Part shown: one piece after another, positions 38,456-51,990 of the stretch
Numbering within the stretch: position 1 is the stretch's first letter
How the letters are laid out: every line of letters starts with the position of its first letter
DNA from: Podarcis tiliguerta
Taxonomy: Eukaryota
Length of the DNA stretch: 64,000 nucleotides
Reading direction: 5' to 3' (one strand)
NCBI GenBank assembly: GCA_965153285.1
Contig: OZ229118.1
Notes under the pieces: model-generated
What the model was told of the DNA's origin: nothing
Databases searched by the model: none
The model's input: only the letters and a program-made list of their open reading frames with translations
Program-made: the position numbers and the translations under genes

Positions 38456-39768
38456 GATTAGACGAAGGCCTATCTAGCTTAGCATCTTGTTTCCTCACAC
38501 TGACCAGCCAACCAGATGCTTCTGGGAAGCCCACAAGCAGGACATGAGAGCAAAAGCATAACGGGAAGCAGCCATTTTGTGGGGAAATTCTGTTCCTTGC
38601 CCCCATGCACGTCAGTGGAGTGGACATAATCTGCTCTGTTATGCCCTCATTCAGCTCTCTTCCAGGTCCAAAAGGACCTACATGGCGGTGGTCGAGCATT
38701 CATTGGACATGTGCAATATGGTCGCTGCCTGTACTCCTGCTGTTGTTTCCAAGCAACAGGTTTTCAGAGGCATGCTGAGGTATAATAAAGCTACTGACAG
38801 CCTTTATCCTTCATGAATTTGTCTTATCCCCCTTTAACATTATCTAGGCTGACGCCCATCACTACATTTTGGGGAAGCGTATTCTAGAGTTTTAACTATG
38901 CGACATGTGAAGAAACACTGACTTTTGTCTTCATTGGATGAATCCCAATACTTTGAGGCTCTAGTACTATGTTCAAGTAGACTAAACAATCCAGAATAAA
39001 CTCATGTAAACAGACAGGAAATTAAATTATCTGTGTATACCAACAACTTCTATGAGTCTATATTTGAATGAAATCGTTGAATTTCTAAGCTCTGTTACAC
39101 AGAATGCTTATTTATTTTGTTTTAATGTATAGACCACTCACATCAGAATATATATATGAGTGGTGTACTTCTTTTGAACATAATTTCCGAATGTCTGAAT
39201 GCTTCCAAACTGCACTAATTTACTCCCACACTGCTGTCAGTAGAAAAGTGGTTTACTTTTGTGCTGTTCACATGGTCATTGAAAGAAATGTTAATTAGTT
39301 CATGTTACTCTATTTATTTATTGTTTCCTTGGGTGATTCTCCACTTTCTAACAAGTTTCGAAGTAGCTTACAGAATATTAATATTACAAGAAAACTGTTT
39401 TAAAGAAAAACATTTATGTACTGCTTTTCATCCTTAATAGCAAAGAAATGTGCAAAAATAAAAAGACAACCAAATTACAAAATTCAGAATAAACTAGGAG
39501 CCACTTAGTCTGACAGCAGGTAAGTCAAAAGAATCCAGGTGGTACTAATGGCCAGCAGAATTTTCCAAAACCAACTCTTTTCAGCATGGTGCTTAAATGA
39601 CACTAAAGCAGGCACCAGGTGAGCCTCCCTGGGGGAAGCACTCCACAGGCAGGGGGCCACCACCTAGTTGGCCCTTTCTCTAGAAGCTACCTGCCCCACC
39701 TCAGATGGTGGAGGCACTTGAAGTAGCTTTGCTGTGATGGAAAGGGAAGAGAAGCTAATCATTTATAC

Positions 39769-39840
39769 CTTCTCATCTTGCTCAGTGAATATTCCTCCAC
39801 CACCAGACTTCTTGTTGATTGCTTGTGCCACACCAACCAC
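39769..39840 (-). CDS. PDE5A: PDE5A exon 4 (72 nt), GAF-A NKxFDE motif
   Basis: cag|[24 protein letters not shown]|gtat. Confidence 0.96.
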
Positions 39841-40113
39841 CTGATGAAAATAAAATATAGAAATATTAGTTAATTCCATAGGGTTTTGACTGCAAGTCAT
39901 GTAGAAGTGAACATTAGATATCAAGTAGCTGCTGTGTACTAACTTCTTCTTCTTCTTCTTTTTAAATAAATGTACGTTTTCCATGAAAATGTGTATTTAA
40001 CATCTCAACTTGATTGGTACTATGATTTCTCCATGTCAGAAACTTTGACAAAACAGATGGCAAGAAGACCCCAAAATGTATTTTAATTCCCCAAATCCAA
40101 CGCTATGTACCAC

Positions 40114-40620
40114 ATGTTGTCAATGGCAACGAGATGAGGGTGGTAGAGAAGGAAACAAGGAAGGCAGGAATCTCAGCCTTCACTGTTTTCTGATCCTGCC
40201 CCTACCAAGTGACAGCCCCTTTTTGACAGCCCCGGATCACTCCAGGTGGGCCACACCCCAGTGAACCAGGGGCTGCCTGATGTCAAGAACTGCCTGGATG
40301 AGGAGGAGTGGTGGGAGGCACCAGCCTGGGATCCCCCCTAGGGAAGCCTGAGAGCCAGAGGAGTGGTGGTGAGACATGGACAGATCAGAGGGGGATGGGA
40401 GGGGAGGAATGGTTGGATGTTGAAGAAGCAACAGGCTTTAGTGAGCAAGAGGAGCCAGGTGCGGAAAGCAGCTCAGACTCAGCTGATGAAGCAAAGAAGG
40501 AGGGGATAGATGCTCCATTATAGGGGCTGATTCTGCCTGAGACCTCTTGCTTGTATACTGTTTTCCTAAATAAAGAATTTACTTTTCTGCTCATCTCTGC
40601 ATCTTCAGTGATGCCCTGCA
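40114..40620 (+). mobile_element. Possible solo LTR
   Basis: TG...CA bounded ~500-bp purine-rich segment with AATAAA at ~40568; no clear TSD. Confidence 0.35.
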
Positions 40621-42124
40621 TCTGAACCTGCCCTGCATCTGAACTTGTTCTGGTTAAATGTTGAATCGGCCACATTGTGTTCAGGATGCACAACCCTACT
40701 ATGTAGATGGAAGGATCTTTTCCAGCTTGTAGGCAATCTTTGGGGGTGGGGCGGGGCTGCGCAACAGGAATTGGCAGGTTATTAAACATTGTGGCTCCTC
40801 CAAGCCTCAGATTCCCCAGAACCTGGTTTTAAATGTTATTATTTATTTATATCAAACCTTTAAACAAAATTATGCAAGGCACTTTACATAAAATTAATAC
40901 AAAGTTCTAATAGAATATATAATGATAATAATAGACTAATAATAGACACAATATGATATGATATAATATAGAATAAATAAAATAAGACACAGACAAAGAG
41001 GCAATGCTATTCTTTTTGCATACCACATCCTCACAAGTTAAGGGCTTGCCTACAGCTTGCCAGTGACATACTTAGAGTATTCTCCTTGATTCAGATGGTG
41101 AAAAGAGGAGTTCATGTTCAAAGCTCCTTAAGTTCATTTAGTTCAGATGGAGAAAGCATGCTTTTTCTCTCTGTGTGTGTTGTCTTTGGAGTTTCTGAGT
41201 AACTGTTTAATTTCAAGTGACTTGAAATGCCTAGCTGCTTTTTGTGTACATATAATAGCTCTGCTGGATCCCAGAGCTTCCTGATGTTAACAGCCACAAT
41301 TCCATGAGCATTAATGGAAAGTTTCAAAGGGAGTGCTCCATTAATACACTTGTATCTGATCTTCTTGGGACCTCCTGCAGAGAGGTAATTGAGTCAGATG
41401 AGCAACTTTTGATGTATCACTTGTCATCCAGAGCAAGTGAAAATAGCGAGATGCTTTTTTAAAAAAAGGTTTATCTGCACGCAGAATCTGAAGTGCTTTC
41501 TTCCAAAGGGAAATAGCTCTGCAACCATTAGAGCAATCCCGCCTCATTTATTTTCCTGGCTCTTTTAACCTCCTTTCAAAGTTTGGCACAGAAGAAAACA
41601 ATTTCTGAAGAGGAAGGGTGGTGGTGAGGAGGAAGGGATATCTGTTGTTGTTGGCGGCATCCATCTGTCTCGAAAGACAATGGAGTGCGCCTCCGGGGGT
41701 GAAGTCAAACTTCTGTAGAATCACAGCGCCTGCTGTGGATGCAGAGACCGGTAACTCGCAACTGCTGACTCCCACATTGTTTTTGCTGCATTAGCAGCAC
41801 CAAAGTGACCTCTCTGGGGTGCAAGCCTGGACAGTGTGGATGGAGGTCCTGGGCTGCCCAGACAACAAGACACACACACACCCCTCAACCTTGCTGGTGT
41901 GGTCCAAAGGAAAGCAGATCAATACATTTGGAACCAGCTTGGCTGCAGGAGTTGCCGGAAATAGATGTACATGGCACCACCCAACCGCCTTAGGGACTCC
42001 ACTCCAGATTTGTGTAGAGTTTACTCCTTAGCCTTTTCTTCTCCCAAAGAAAGGCAATGGGTACTGATTTTTTCCATAGGGTTTACTCCCAAGGCAGTGC
42101 AGGTTTGGGATCAGAGTTTTCTTA

Positions 42125-42125
42125 T

Positions 42126-42160
<35 letters not shown>

Positions 42161-42190
42161 CTTTTCCTTCCTTCCTTCCTTCCTTCCTTC
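42125..42190. repeat. (TTTC)n/(TTCC)n compound microsatellite
   Basis: Read directly from the sequence. Confidence 0.92.
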
Positions 42191-45100
42191 TAGATTTGCT
42201 GCCTTCCCAGATTGGGACACTGGTGCGATGGCGGTGCAGTATTGGGCTCACCAGATTGAAAGCCAGGTAAGAAATGCATGTAAAATATAGCACCAGTTCC
42301 AGATAGTTATCTGCAGATATATCTACGCTTTCTTGTCCTGGAGAAATTGTGGAAAACATTCAGCAAAGTGAGAAAAATCTAAACATGCATAATTTAGGCT
42401 GATGGAGCACCATCATACATAAGTAAGATTTTTATTCTCTCCTAAAACTAACCAAATAATACCACCATGAGTAAGAACAAGACCAGACTGTGGGAAATGA
42501 ACCTAGGAACACATTCCTTAATTAAGGAGATGAATTGAACCAACATTTAAGGCTAACCAAAATCCTTCATACAAACCTTCCATGCATACCCCAAGAGTGC
42601 ACTACAAACTGGAACAGAGTTAAACTCATCATTCCAAACAACATTACTGGACAAGTAATAAACATTTACTCTTCAACTTATGCTCTTACTTCCCCACCCC
42701 ACCCCTTAGAGGTTGTCTGTACTACTTCAGTTGCAAGCTGCAAAACAAACTTTTCTCTCCCCCCATTAATATTCATAGTGTGTTAGAGCAATATAACAAA
42801 AAGTTTTGTTGACCTCGGTTGTTTCCCCCCCAATACTCTAAGCATGTGCAGTTTTGCAGTTTTAATTAATATTTTGAATTAAGTTTAGTGTAGATATACC
42901 ATATTAACATGAAGATAGAGAAAATATAAGGCAAATCTGTATTTGGAAGAGAGGGGGAATAACAGATAGAAACAACACACCATGACATGTTATATGGAAA
43001 TACATTGTCTGCTACCATTCTGGAATGACCAAGTAGCAGGTTTAAAGTAACTTATGTCATGGCACCATCTTGCCAATGAGAACAATATGGGGTTTGCTTC
43101 TACTTCTCTGATGGAAAATGCATTTAACTTAGAAATAAGCACCCTTTTATTGTAGAAAAGGGGTAATACATCCATTTAAAAGTAAAAATAATAATAAATG
43201 ATCACCCGTAACCAGATATGTGCCTGGCCAGCTGTGCCCAAACTAAGAAATGTTGACACGTGAGACGCTGGAGGAGAGGATGCTGAGAGGGTGTAGGATG
43301 GAGGGGAACCAGACTGACGGTCAGGCCAGGCAAGGTCCAAAGTGGCCCAAGCAAGACTACAGATGGGAAGGGCTTGTATCTTGGGGTGGATTTGAGTAGA
43401 TGTTGGAGGTGGGGGATGACAGTAATTTGGGGTGGTATTTTGGGGAGAGGTCTGCTCTGCTGGGGACACAAGTTGATCAGCAGCTGGAATAAATTATCAC
43501 TCTTGATATTGAATATGTAGCTTTACCTACTGCATTTCACATTGTATTTTTGCTGCGTTATGTTGTAAGCCACTTTTGAGTGTTGTTTGAATAGAAAAAC
43601 GGGCTGTACATATTAAAACTAACCCAACCTAACCTTAAAATGTGGGGAGAGGGGAAGGAGGAAGCTATTATGACCTGCATCAACCCCAGGGGGCTTTGGC
43701 ATGCTGATCCCAGCCCAGGTGCTGATTCCAGACCTGTTTGTCACTGGTACCATCATATGGCACCCTCTGGGAGGCCATTTGGAGCCCTGGAGTTCAGCAC
43801 AAAAGTTCAGTCCAGCTACACCACTGCACAAAATAGAGGGGAAGGGTGGGGGAGCTTGGTTTTAAAGTGTTGGTTTTTTTAATATATAAAGGAAAAAAGG
43901 TCTGAGAGTAACCCAGAACCTTGAGCAAGCTTTCACTTCCCACTGAGGGCTGTCTGGAGGCTCTCAATATCTGGAATTCCTACCCCAGCAACTCAGATCT
44001 TCTAACCACATCCCAGTAGGAGAGAGGAAAGTTTTATTTGTTTATTTGTTGCCTCTCGTGAGCTTTTTGCACCCTCAGGAAACCAAAGATGTACAAGATA
44101 AAGAAGGCTGTAATTCAGTTTAGCAGCTTTAGCACATTGGTAGCAAGGGGCTGCTGCCTGGAGTCCACCAGAAATAGAATTTATTTGTGACCACCGCTGT
44201 TTGGAAGGGATACGAAACAGGAAATGATGCCTCTGGCTATTAATGCAGACCTCAACAGAAGATCTTTTGCAAAAGCACACATATGGAAAAGTGTGCTCAC
44301 CCACTAAGCACCAAAGTTCTTATAGCCAAGTTGCAAAACTGGGTGGAAAAACACTTTCAATATCTCAGTGGGTTAGATGGTGATTTATAGGCTTCTTCAC
44401 TCACTCTCACACCAAGCTCTCCAAGCTACTAGCAACACAAGTGGGATCATTGTGCTGCGAAGTTAGCCATTAGCAAGCACGGTCTCAAAATGCTTGTTTT
44501 AAATAAAGGTTGTATTGTCAGGCGCACCGCATAAAATCCAACTTTGCTCTTTTAAAGTTAATGGTAAACTACGCTTGGCATCATCATACAAGTCCCACAC
44601 TTTAAAGAAGTCTTCCAAAACAAAACAAAAAAAAGTCTGGGCAACAGTAATGCAAACCCCTCACCCGCCCCACACTATAGCCAAACACACACACAAAATC
44701 GATGTACAAAGGCTGCCATCATTTTAGACATCTTATACCATCACACAGCTGCTCTCCAATTCCCAAGGCATCTTTTAATTTAACGGAAGTGCCCTTATTT
44801 TAGAATATCATACCTCAAAGAACAGACAGTCCAGATCACCCTGAGTCAAGTTCTTTTTTATCTGTATACAACAGATACCACAAGGAACAGATAACATGGC
44901 AGTTTCATCAAAAAGAACACCCCACAGCCACCCACAAAACTCCTGTTACTATAAATTCCTAACTAAGTGCCTCACAGCTCCCCCTTACACTGGCAGAGTT
45001 TCATCCATTTTCTCTGGATCATCCCCCAAGGCAAGCAAATCTCCAGCTCTCACCAACATCTACTGCAACCATGGCTTTCGTAAATAGGCCTGCTTTTAGG

Positions 45101-45449
45101 CAGCTCGGCAATCCCCCAGGAGGATGACGTCTCATACTAAATTCTCTCTTGGTGGAGGTCTGCACGCTAATGGAATCAATTCTTCCCAACAAGTTCAACG
45201 TGTAAGTGGCTGCCTCAACAACTCCACCAAAAATATGCTTGCCTTTCGCCCCCGGTTCTGTGTCTCTAAGCAGTTTCGCAAGAAGCTGAAATCCAACTAG
45301 TGGCTGCACCTGATGCATTTCTGCCTGACTTGGTGCAGAAAATAAATCAAGAGGGATAGTGAAACAGTCTTAGTCATGGCCCTTGGTTCATTCTTCTCCT
45401 GCCCTTATCCACACCACCTCAGAGCAGTATTTTAGGATGAAATCCTATA

Positions 45450-45676
45450 CAATGGTACCTCGGATTACATACACTTCAGGTTACAGACTCCGCTAACCCA
45501 GAAATATTACCTCGGGTTAAGAACTTTGCTTCAGGTTGAGAACAGAACCGTGCTCCAGCGGCGCAGCAGCAACAGGAGGCCCCCCATTAGCTAAAGTGGT
45601 GCTTCAGGTTAAGAACATTTTCAGGTTAAGTACGGACCTCCGGAACGAATTAAGTACTTAACCCGAGGTACCACTG
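45450..45676. mobile_element. Tc1/mariner-like MITE (same family, opposite orientation)
   Basis: TIRs and TA TSD; reverse complement of the other copies. Confidence 0.88.
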
Positions 45677-47259
45677 TACCCACTTTCTGGGGAATAAGCC
45701 CTATTGAACTCTATGGGAACACATGTACAGGATTGTGCTATAAGTGCCTCACAGGAATTCTATGAGGTAAGTTAGGCTAAGAGACAGCATATTGGCTGGG
45801 AGGGATTTGCATCTGGTTTTTTCCAGGTCCAAACCTAATAGCCCAGGCTCTTTGCCTCATTAATTGTCCCTGCCAGCACCACAAATGCTACAGCATGCTT
45901 TAAGGAGGGTTATTTATTGTACTCTTCAATGCATGCTGTTTTGTCTACTATTGTCCAGTCACCACCGGCCCTTGTGTAAGGATTCCAGAGCGAAGAGATT
46001 TCAGTATGAAGCACACGGCAGCTCACACTGAGAATGTGAGTAAACTCTCTAAGCTTCCCAATATGCTCTGACACCAGTCCACAGGTGCACAGCTGACATG
46101 CAGGTGTTGGCTCACAACACTGGCCTTTTTATTTTTATTAGCTTTGAACCACAGAAAGCTGAATCCATTTCAATGGTATCGCAGGCGCTGAAGAATCCAA
46201 AAGGAGAACACTTTCGCCCTGTGTAAACAGCTTCCTGCCATGAAAGGGAAGCTTGTGGTTCTTAAAGAGCTGTGAGGAAACAGTAAAAAAAGGACTGTGT
46301 TAATATAGCCTAAAAAGACCATTCAGCTGCTCCTTATTAGCCCTGCAGGTTTCTCTTTTACTATGGAAAGCATGTGAACCATATGCGGGCTCCTTTATTC
46401 TTTGGATCCAGCTGCAGGACCCTAGACTTGTTATATGTGGGATTGTGAAAAATGGAAAGAAACAGGCACATGCTGAGGACTCTCTTGGGTGATAAGCTTC
46501 AGCGTTATTTTAGTTTAAAGGAATGTTAACATCCTTGATTGGCTGGACCATGAAAGGAAATTATTTTCTATAGCCAGCTAGAACAGATCCTGAACTCATT
46601 TGAACTGGTGCAACTCCAAGTAAATGCCAAGTATTTGCCTTGCACTAATAAGCCTGGTCCATGATAAACGCTGTGCACACACTGGGCATTTAAATAACAT
46701 TTACAGCACATCCTGTCCATGGCTCCAAAGAAGCTTGGGAACTGTAGTTTACCAGTAACAGCTGCAATTCCCAACACCCTTTGCATGCTACAGTTCCCAG
46801 AATTCTTGGGTGGGGGGAAACTTGCTTTAAATGTCTGATATGTATTCAGCCTCTAGTTTCCTAAAGATAGGCAATTAATAAATGACACATGCAACTTGAG
46901 AGAATTTCTTCAAGCCTACGGGGGTGAGCGGGGCAGGCCGAGGTTTACACAATTAACAAACACAGTGTATGTATTTCAACAAAGTCCTGGGCTCTCCGTG
47001 TTAGAATAGGAGTTTAGAAATAGCTGAAATATACATAGAAGTTTGAAACTGTAAACAGATTTAAGCTTCTTTGCACACAGAAATAGACATGAGTTCTGCA
47101 GACCAGATCCAGACTCTGATGTCTTCGCCTCAGCAGCTTGGTACTTAATTCCACCAAATGGTGATTCTCTGGCCGGCCGGTCATTCTTGGAGAAATGTGG
47201 GGACAGGGAAACCTATTCATGCAAATTCAGCTTAATCTAAGCAATGACTAACGGATATA

Positions 47260-47500
47260 CAGTGGTACCTCGGGTTAAGTACTTAATTCGTTCCGGAGGT
47301 CTGTTCTTAACCTGAAAATGTTCTTAACCTGAAGACCACTTTAGCTAATGGGGCCTCCTGCTGCCGCTGCGCCGCCGGAGCACGATTTCTGTTCTCATCC
47401 TGAAGCAAATTTCTTAACCCGAGGTACTATTTCTGGGTTAGCGGAGTCTGTAACCTGAAGCGTATGTAACCTGAAGCGTATGTAACCCGAGGTACCACTG
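47260..47500. mobile_element. Tc1/mariner-like MITE (same family)
   Basis: Perfect CAGTGGTACCTCGGGTTA TIRs, TA TSD. Confidence 0.9.
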
Positions 47501-47840
47501 TACAGGACGAAAGCCAATCCAGCAACCCATTTTGAATGTTGAGCAAGTGATACAGTCTGTGCCATTCTCAGAGATTCATATGGGGGAAATGATGTTCTGT
47601 TGAGTATCCACCGGACTCACATCTGAAACTTTGGAATAACATTGTCCCATAGAATTATGTGACTTGGAGGAGGAAGAAAATGTTTGTTAAAGGGAGTTAT
47701 GTTCTCATGTTCCCTTTGGGGGAGAAAAAAACACCCAATAATTTTTATTTTTTTAAAAAAGGGAAATAATAATGGCAAGCCCATCACAATATGGGTTGGT
47801 ATAACTTTACACACTTTAGGCAGAAATCCCACCTTGGTTT

Positions 47841-48087
47841 GAAGAAGAAGAAGAGTTTGGATTTGATATCCCGCTTTATCACTACCCGAAGGAGTCTCAA
47901 AGCGGCTCACAATCTCCTTTCCCTTCCTCCCCCACAACAAACACTCTGTGAGGTGAGTGGGGCTGAGAGACTTCAGAGAAATGTGACTAGCCCAAGGTCA
48001 CCCAGCAGCTGCATGTGGAGGAGCGGGGATGTGAACCCGGTTCACCAGATTACGAGTCCACTGCTCTTAATCACTATACCACACTGG
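47841..48087 (-). mobile_element. tRNA-derived SINE (Squam3-like) with (CTT)n tail
   Basis: Reverse-strand A/B boxes (gtggtatagtgatt; ggttcacatccc); ~250 bp; gaa-repeat tail on the + strand. Confidence 0.75.
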
Positions 48088-49807
48088 TTGAATTGCACAC
48101 TGTATCACATACTCATGGGGAAGACTTAAAGTCAAAGCTGTAACGCCTTACAGCTTTGATTTGGCAGCCTTAATTGTATTTTACCCTCATTTCCCCCCTG
48201 TTGCTGCTCTCTCTAAGCATGTATTTTCATTGCCAATACAGCTGCAGTTCCCTTCTGCTAACAGTTTGCCGCTGTCTGTTGTGCGGACAGTGTTGTTATA
48301 CAGTTTAGCCACTAGGTGGCACTGGACTTGGTTGAACCTGGGTGCAGCCAGGACTTTCCCGTTTTGCTCTTGTTGGAATGAGACAGTAAACTTATTGCCG
48401 TAGTTTCCTAACTGGTGCATCCTCCACACCAGGAGGGGCCAACATAGTGGTTCCCAGATGTTGCTGGACTCCAGTCAGCCTCCAACAGCATGGCCAATGG
48501 TCAGGCATGGTGGCAGCTGTTGGCCAGCCATGTGGAGGGCACAACGTTGGCTACCCTTGCTAGAAGCCTCCCATGACAGCTAGTTGTCTTTCTAATCTTC
48601 CGGAGCACAATGTTTATCGCTGCTCCATTTCGGATGTTTCATTTGTGTGAAAAGGAAAAGCTTTGACGATCATATCAACTGCCGTGGAATTTAATGTGCA
48701 CTATTGTTTTTGATTCTTTTGGCCTAAAATAGACATGCTGACTTTTAGCCTTAAAAACGACTTTGCCCTTCCGGTTCCCTGCAGGCTTTTCTCCCTAGGC
48801 CACAGGCATTTCTGTAGCATCGCTAGCTGCGTTCAGCGTTTTATTTTATCTGGATGCTTCTCGCTGCATTCTTGTACATTCAGATCTTAGATTTAATTCT
48901 CTGAAAGCTACTTCAAACCCCAAAGGGAGAATGTGCCGTTGCTTTTTTTCATTGTTATTCCTAAGCTAAACACTTTTTTTAAAGCTTCCTGTGATGATTA
49001 TAAGATTCAGTAAAGACAACACTAAAGAAAAATTATCCACTAAACCAAAGAATGCACAGAGGGTCCGGAAATATATATTTGTCTCTTTTAGAGCAAAGGG
49101 GCCCTGTTCGCATTCAGCTGCGGATTGCATTATAATTATTTTAGATGTGGATTGCATGATATATTTATTTATTTAGGCATACTCCGGCTGTTTTTACCCC
49201 TATGGAGATGAACTTCCTTCTCAGCCAGAAAACTAAACAATTGATACCAGTTAGCCGTTCTACCTATGCTGGCTTTTACAATGGGTGCCTCCCTTTATCA
49301 TTAGACCACTCCAGTAAACCACTACATTTTCAAGCCGTTCGTGGGGTTCTTTTCCCATTTGTCCTACAGAATGTGGCAAACACGTAAATCTATGTTTTAT
49401 TCAGAAAGCTGCTCCTGCTCTTTGCCCAAATCAAGGATACTCAGTCACACTCAATCATTCCCTCAGCCCATTCCCCCCCCCTCTTCCACTGAATTGATAA
49501 ACATATTTCCTACTTCTCCCCCTCAAACCATCCAACCCCACTTGGGCATCCCTTGTTCAGCTGCTCCTTTCCACCTGCCTATTTGCCTGCATTATCAGCC
49601 ACAGCCACACCACACATTTAAAGTGTTCTTATGCCGCTTTAACAGTCATAGCTGCCCCCCCCCAAAGAATCTTGGGAACTGCACTTTCTTAAGGATGCTG
49701 AGAGTTGTTGGGAGACTGCTCAGAGAGCTACAATACCAAACATCCTTAACAAACTCCATTTCCCAGGATTCTTTGGAAGAAGGTTCTTACTGTTAAAGTG
49801 GTATAGG

Positions 49808-50115
49808 TAAAGGTAGAGGGACCCCTGACCATTAGGTCCAGTTGTGGCCGACTCTGGGGTTGCAGCGCTCATCTCGCTCTATAGGCCGACTAAGCCGCTT
49901 CTGGTGAACCAGAGCAGCGCACGGAAACGCCGTTCACTTTCCTACCGGAGCGGTACCTATTTATCTACTTGCACTTTGACGTGCTTTCGAACTGCTAGAT
50001 TGGCAGGAGCAGGGACCGAGCAATGGGAGCTCACCCCATTGCAGGGACTCGAACCGCCAACCTGATCGGCAAGTCCTAGGCTCTGTGGTTTAACCCACAG
50101 TGCCACCCACGTCCC
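49808..50115 (-). mobile_element. Sauria SINE with 15-bp TSD, nested in a MITE-like repeat
   Basis: TSD ttaaagtggtatagg at 49793 and 50116. Confidence 0.9.
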
Positions 50116-51454
50116 TTAAAGTGGTATAGGAACACTTTAAAAGTATGGAATGGATGTGACCTCATAGTCACAGCCTAGGCTCTTCTCTGATGTTCTTGCC
50201 CTCTAAATCATCTGTCTGCACCCTCCCTCAACACCTTCTTACTAGACTTCCACAGCCTTGATTTCTTCTACTCACATTCCTGACCCCTTGCATCATGAAC
50301 GGGGAACATGTGCCCTCTAGATGTTGTGGGACTCCCAGAACCATCACCCCTGACAAGTGCCCAGACTAGCTAAGGCTGAAGGTTGTTGAAGTCCAACAAC
50401 CTCTGGAAGCCACAGGTTCACCATCCCTACATGATGAATCTATTCAGAGGGGGAGGAACCTTGTTATTACATCTGTTCCAACAGAATTGCTGCTTTTTTC
50501 CTTCTTGCCTGCTGCAAACACTTTAGGAATATTGAAACAACCTGGCGTTATGTTTGTCAGGAAGTTTTCTGGATAAATTAGGAATCCCGCCCAATACTAT
50601 TGGTTCAGAAGACACTGTCAAATTCAAGAAGGGTCATTGTGTTCCTGCTGAAGGATGGTGATCCCCTCCCTATTTCTCCCAATCATTTCCCTTTAATGAA
50701 AACATCCCCACCCCCACTCCACAGATCTGAACTTTTCAGTTTGAATTTCTCCCTGAGCAGCTTTTTTTCTTCTGTGATTTAAAGTAGGCTCAGCTCTAAA
50801 ACTGCTTTCTTCTACTCTAAAACTGCAGGTATTCTTTCCATTCAAAGTCTGTGAGATAGACTTCCCATAAATGTGCTCTGAAGAGAAGGGCTGAGGGCAT
50901 GCGCACTACACATTTAAAGCACATGTATGCACAGGACTCCCTGCAAAGAATCCTACAACTATAGTTTGTTAAGGGTGCTGGGAATTGTGGCTGTGAGGGG
51001 GAAACTACAGTTCCCATGGTGCTTTGGGGGCAGCCATGTGGCGTGTACTCAACCCAAATCATCTTCTTGACTTCACTGGCCCCAACATCTAAAGGGCATC
51101 TCTGAGGTTTCCTGCAGCTTCTTGTCTTAGCTTTCCTCCTGCAAGAATAAATATATATACACACACACACACACAAAGCCACAAAACAATGTCATTTCTC
51201 ATGCCTTCCCCTTTCATGGAAAGAAGGATGCGAGTCTATTTCTAAGTATATAGTTTCTGGTGATTCTCAAACTAAAATATAAGTATAAAAATAGATGCAC
51301 TACCATCACATTTTCCACGTGCCCACTTTCTTGTATTATAAATGCACGTTACTTTTCTATTAGTTGCATGCAGGCTCCTGCTGTTCCTTGAGGCTGTGCT
51401 TTTACTTTGGGGGCTATCATAGATATTTAGCATTCAGAGAGTAATCTTTGATCA

Positions 51455-51990
51455 CTGCAATGCAGTCTACATGGGGCTGCCTTTGAAGATGGTCCGGAAG
51501 GTCCAGTTAGTCTGCAGTGGGGCTACAAAACTGCTGACAAGGACCAGGAGGTGGGATCACATCTCAGTTGTTTTGAAACAGCTGCATTGCATCTCTGTTT
51601 GATTCTGAGCTCAGTTCAAAGCTCTTGAGCTTCACTTTAAAGCCCCACATGGTATTCCTTGGACCATCTTCTCCCGTATCAAGACTACTCCTGTGTGCTG
51701 AGATCTATATTTGGGGTTCTTCATTGGGTGACCCCCCCGCCCATCAGAAGCAGGGTGATTAGCAACCCAGGAGAACCTTTTAGGTACCGTTGCCCAACCT
51801 ATGGACTGCCCCCTCCAGGGAGGTTCGCCATCATTTCCGTACTAGACAAAAACTTTCTTTATTTTATCAGGCTTTTAAAGTTTTTAAACCTTGATTGGAA
51901 TACTTATCCTGTGCTGTTTTTGTAATTCTTTTGTAACTTGCTCTATGAATGCTGACTGGCCTCAGAAGGACAGCGATGGAGATAATAAGA
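51455..51990 (+). mobile_element. Decayed L2-like LINE 3' fragment
   Basis: gatcactgcaatgcagtctacatggggctgcctttgaag (DHCNAVYMGLPLK)...QLH. Confidence 0.6.

Noticed and set aside
45019-45318. 99-aa minus-strand ORF as an extra PDE5A exon or nested gene
   Set aside because: No homology that I recognise and no convincing splice sites.
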